Both the position numbers and the translations under genes were made by a program. From Oscillospiraceae bacterium (GTDB taxonomy: Bacteria > Bacillota > Clostridia > Oscillospirales > CAG-272), in the NCBI GenBank assembly GCA_015065065.1, contig SVQX01000003.1, forward strand, positions 21,930 through 85,929: 64,000 nt of DNA, written 5' to 3'. The notes beneath the pieces are model-generated. The model was not told the origin of the DNA. It made no database searches and saw only the letters and a list, made by a program, of their open reading frames with translations. This document shows, piece after piece, positions 61,516 to 64,000 of this stretch; position 1 is the stretch's first letter; each line of letters begins with the position of its first letter.

Positions 61516-62931
61516 ATGCCTGCACTCATTATATACGTTATCACGGTTGCCATACTGGGCATATATATATTGATTTTACGCGGAGATAGGGAATCCTTGC
61601 AAAGTAGCAAGGAATGGGACAAAAAATATTACCAAGATCTTTTGTCCCAAGAGGAACGAAAGCAAGCACAAAAATATAAAAAACTTTATGACGAACAATC
61701 CGGAATTCTCCAAGCAGAGCGCCTTCGCTTGGAAGATGAAGAAAAAGATTTAAAAGCACAATACGAAAAGATGTGTGCCGAACAATCAAATATTCTCCAA
61801 GCAGAGCGCCTTCGCTTGGAAGATGAAGAAAAAGATTTAAAAGCACAATACGAAAAGATGTGTGCCGAACAATCAAATATTCTCCAAGCAGAGCGCCTTC
61901 GTCTACAGTACGAAAGAAAGAAATCAAAAGAACAATACGATAAGCTTTGCGCCGAGACCGAGGATCTAAAATCGCGGTATGAGCTTATGCACCGTGAATT
62001 CGATCAATACATAAAGGATAAATGTCAAGCATACCCCCATCTTGCAGCAATCCAAGCCGATTTGATGACGGCTCACTATGCTCGCTCTGCCTTTTATCTC
62101 CGCAATAAAAAAAGTCCGGCTTTGGTGGAAGCGCAGCGAATAGACGAATTAAAAAAAGAAACCAAGAAAATTTGTGAAGAAAAAAAGCTTATCGAGTACA
62201 AGCTGGCGTATATTGAGGAATGCTTCCCCAATATAAATGATATCTTTGATGACGGTTTTAATGAAGAATCCGATTTTGAATTAGAAACCTCGGAAAACAC
62301 TGACCGAGTAAAATTTTATCTTTCTGCAGAAGAATATCGTTCATTGTCAACTACTCGTAAAAACCAACTGGCTCTTGACCGCTATCTTCTAGGCAGAAAA
62401 AGCAAGTGGCAGATTGGCAGAGATTATGAAATGTATATAGGCTACCTCTATGAAAATCAAGGATTTAATGTTCAGTACACGGGAATTATTGAGAACTTTG
62501 AAGATATGGGACGCGACTTGATCGTGACGCGGCAGGGCAAAACATATATCATACAATGTAAAAATTGGTCCAAGGAAAAGACTATTCACGAAAAGCATAT
62601 TTTTCAGTTGTTCGGAACGGTAACTCTATATAACATCGATCACGCAACTGCTCCGGCGTGCGGTGTTTTTGTCACCACTACTGAGCTATCATCCAAAGCA
62701 AAACTTATCGCAGACTATCTCGGCATTAAAGTATCCCACATAAATCTCGGCGATTTCCCACGCATTAAATGTAATATTAACCGCACGACCGGAGAAAAAA
62801 TATATCATCTTCCTTTTGATCAGCAATATGACCGCGTGGTCGTAGAGAAAAATCACGGCGAAAGTTACGAGTTTACTGTAAAGGATGCGGAGTCCAAAGG
62901 ATTTCGACGTGCTTTTAAGCATTTTGCATAA
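61516..62931 (+). CDS. TM-anchored coiled-coil protein with a C-terminal Mrr-cat-like restriction endonuclease fold
   Basis: N-terminal TM segment. 87-bp tandem repeat at 61693-61905. C-terminal GRDYEMYIGYLYENQGF...GRDLIVTRQGKTYIIQCKNW (D...QxK pattern). Confidence 0.6.
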   Translation: MPALIIYVITVAILGIYILILRGDRESLQSSKEWDKKYYQDLLSQEERKQAQKYKKLYDEQSGILQAERLRLEDEEKDLKAQYEKMCAEQSNILQAERLRLEDEEKDLKAQYEKMCAEQSNILQAERLRLQYERKKSKEQYDKLCAETEDLKSRYELMHREFDQYIKDKCQAYPHLAAIQADLMTAHYARSAFYLRNKKSPALVEAQRIDELKKETKKICEEKKLIEYKLAYIEECFPNINDIFDDGFNEESDFELETSENTDRVKFYLSAEEYRSLSTTRKNQLALDRYLLGRKSKWQIGRDYEMYIGYLYENQGFNVQYTGIIENFEDMGRDLIVTRQGKTYIIQCKNWSKEKTIHEKHIFQLFGTVTLYNIDHATAPACGVFVTTTELSSKAKLIADYLGIKVSHINLGDFPRIKCNINRTTGEKIYHLPFDQQYDRVVVEKNHGESYEFTVKDAESKGFRRAFKHFA

Positions 62932-62995
62932 CCGACAAGAACCATCCCACACCCCTCGCACACCGCGAACCGTAATTCCACAGAAAGGACACCCA

Positions 62996-64000
62996 ATGGC
63001 AAAATCACGAAACACGGGACTGCCTAAAATAAATCAGCTCCCAAGCGGCGCCTACCACGCCAAGGCATACGATTATACCGATGAAACGGGTAAGCGAATA
63101 TACCGCTCATTTTCAAATTATGACTATAATAAGCTGCTGCTTGAGCTGGCACAGTTCAAGCAAGCTAAGAGCGACGATAAGCTTGCCCGCGCCACAGGCA
63201 ACCGCTCGCTCACGCTCGGCGACGCCATAGATAGCTATATCAAATCCAAAAGCGCAGTGCTGTCCCCTACCACGATGAACAGCTACCGCTCCCTGAGGCG
63301 CAATAATTTGCAATATTTAATGGATATCCCGGTGGATAAAATCACCCAGGAGAACGTCCAGCAGGAGATCAACCGGGAGGCAATGACACACGCGCCAAAG
63401 ACCGTCCGCAATATCCACGGACTCCTGACAGCAGTATTGCAGGTCTACCGCCCCGATCTAACCTTGCACACTCGCCTCCCGCAAAAGGTCAAAAATGAAA
63501 TTGCAATTCCTACCGAGGAAGAAGTGCAGAAGCTCATCAAGCTCTCCAAGGATACCGATATGGAGCTCCCGATCCTGCTGGCAGCCTGCTGCGGTATGCG
63601 AAGAAGTGAGATAGCCGCGCTTAAATGGTCGGACATAAACTTTAAGAATAATACTATAACCATAAAGCACGCGCTGGTTATAAACGGGGATAATCAATTT
63701 GTGGAGAAAACCACAAAAACCACCGCAGGCACGCGCACCATCAGAATGTTCCCAATCGTTTCAAATGCATTGAAAAGCTATAAAAACGAAAATAAAAAGG
63801 GCGACGGCGAATATATCACCATCAACCCCGACGCCATAAGCCGCGCATTTGCCAGACTCGAAAAGAAAGCAGAGATCCCCCATTACCGTTTCCACGACCT
63901 GCGACACTACACCGTGTCGGTAATGCTCTCGCTGAATATCCCGAAGAACTATATCGCCGACTACGTGGGCCACGAGACCGAAAATATGATAGACCAAGTG
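62996..64000 (+). CDS. int: tyrosine integrase (3' end beyond the window)
   Basis: Absent from the ORF track because it is open at the edge. Hand translation from ATG 62996 gives MAKSRNTGLPKINQLPSGAYHAKAY. Motifs CCGMRRSEIAALKW, HYRFHDLRHY and YVGHE are present. Confidence 0.85.
   Translation, partial: MAKSRNTGLPKINQLPSGAYHAKAYDYTDETGKRIYRSFSNYDYNKLLLELAQFKQAKSDDKLARATGNRSLTLGDAIDSYIKSKSAVLSPTTMNSYRSLRRNNLQYLMDIPVDKITQENVQQEINREAMTHAPKTVRNIHGLLTAVLQVYRPDLTLHTRLPQKVKNEIAIPTEEEVQKLIKLSKDTDMELPILLAACCGMRRSEIAALKWSDINFKNNTITIKHALVINGDNQFVEKTTKTTAGTRTIRMFPIVSNALKSYKNENKKGDGEYITINPDAISRAFARLEKKAEIPHYRFHDLRHYTVSVMLSLNIPKNYIADYVGHETENMIDQV

Larger units (their letters stand above)
22629..64000 (-). 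mobile_element. integrated temperate phage (at least 41 kb; right end lies beyond the window)
   Basis: Contiguous minus-strand modules for lysis/membrane proteins, tail, virion, capsid, portal, terminase and early genes. A plus-strand block of cI-like, nuclease-like and tyrosine integrase genes sits at the right end. Confidence 0.85.

Overview
64-kb window from a moderately GC-rich Firmicutes/Clostridia-type chromosome. An Oscillospiraceae/Ruminococcaceae-like origin is my guess from gene content only. No searches were run, so every family call rests on motifs read from the translations. (1) 1-21.3 kb holds host genes: der (partial), DUF512, mnmM/ytqB-like, vanY-like, a metallophosphoesterase, rlmD, glxK, an ICMT-like methyltransferase, an APH(3')-like kinase, an SNF2 helicase overlapping a GH78-like gene, a transglutaminase with a dockerin-like tail, tRNA-Met and tRNA-Glu, and an EamA transporter. 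(2) 6.95-12.1 kb, directly downstream of rlmD, is an array of small same-strand gene cassettes. Its junctions repeat a conserved box pair plus a copy of the rlmD 3' end, and no recombinase is nearby. I rank this as the best candidate for something undescribed. (3) 21.4-22.6 kb is an AT-rich island gene. (4) From about 22.63 kb to beyond 64 kb lies an integrated temperate phage; lytic genes are on the minus strand and cI-like, nuclease-like and integrase genes on the plus strand at the right end. A tRNA-type 3' fragment marks its left border. The phage carries an N4-gp56-like capsid gene, its own Prp protease with LQ(L/F)FA cleavage motifs in capsid and scaffold, and a 2632-aa polyvalent-type virion protein. 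Its terminase large subunit is fractured by a split intein with a free-standing HNH gene. It also has an HUH Rep-like gene, a PcfJ/PcfK(AcrIIA9-like)/DUF3102 block, and a rearranged, partly duplicated lysogeny region. Composite elements made of a GC-rich hairpin plus phased 7-nt tandem repeats are scattered through the phage gene junctions; related hairpin/GTGAAGT modules occur next to rlmD.
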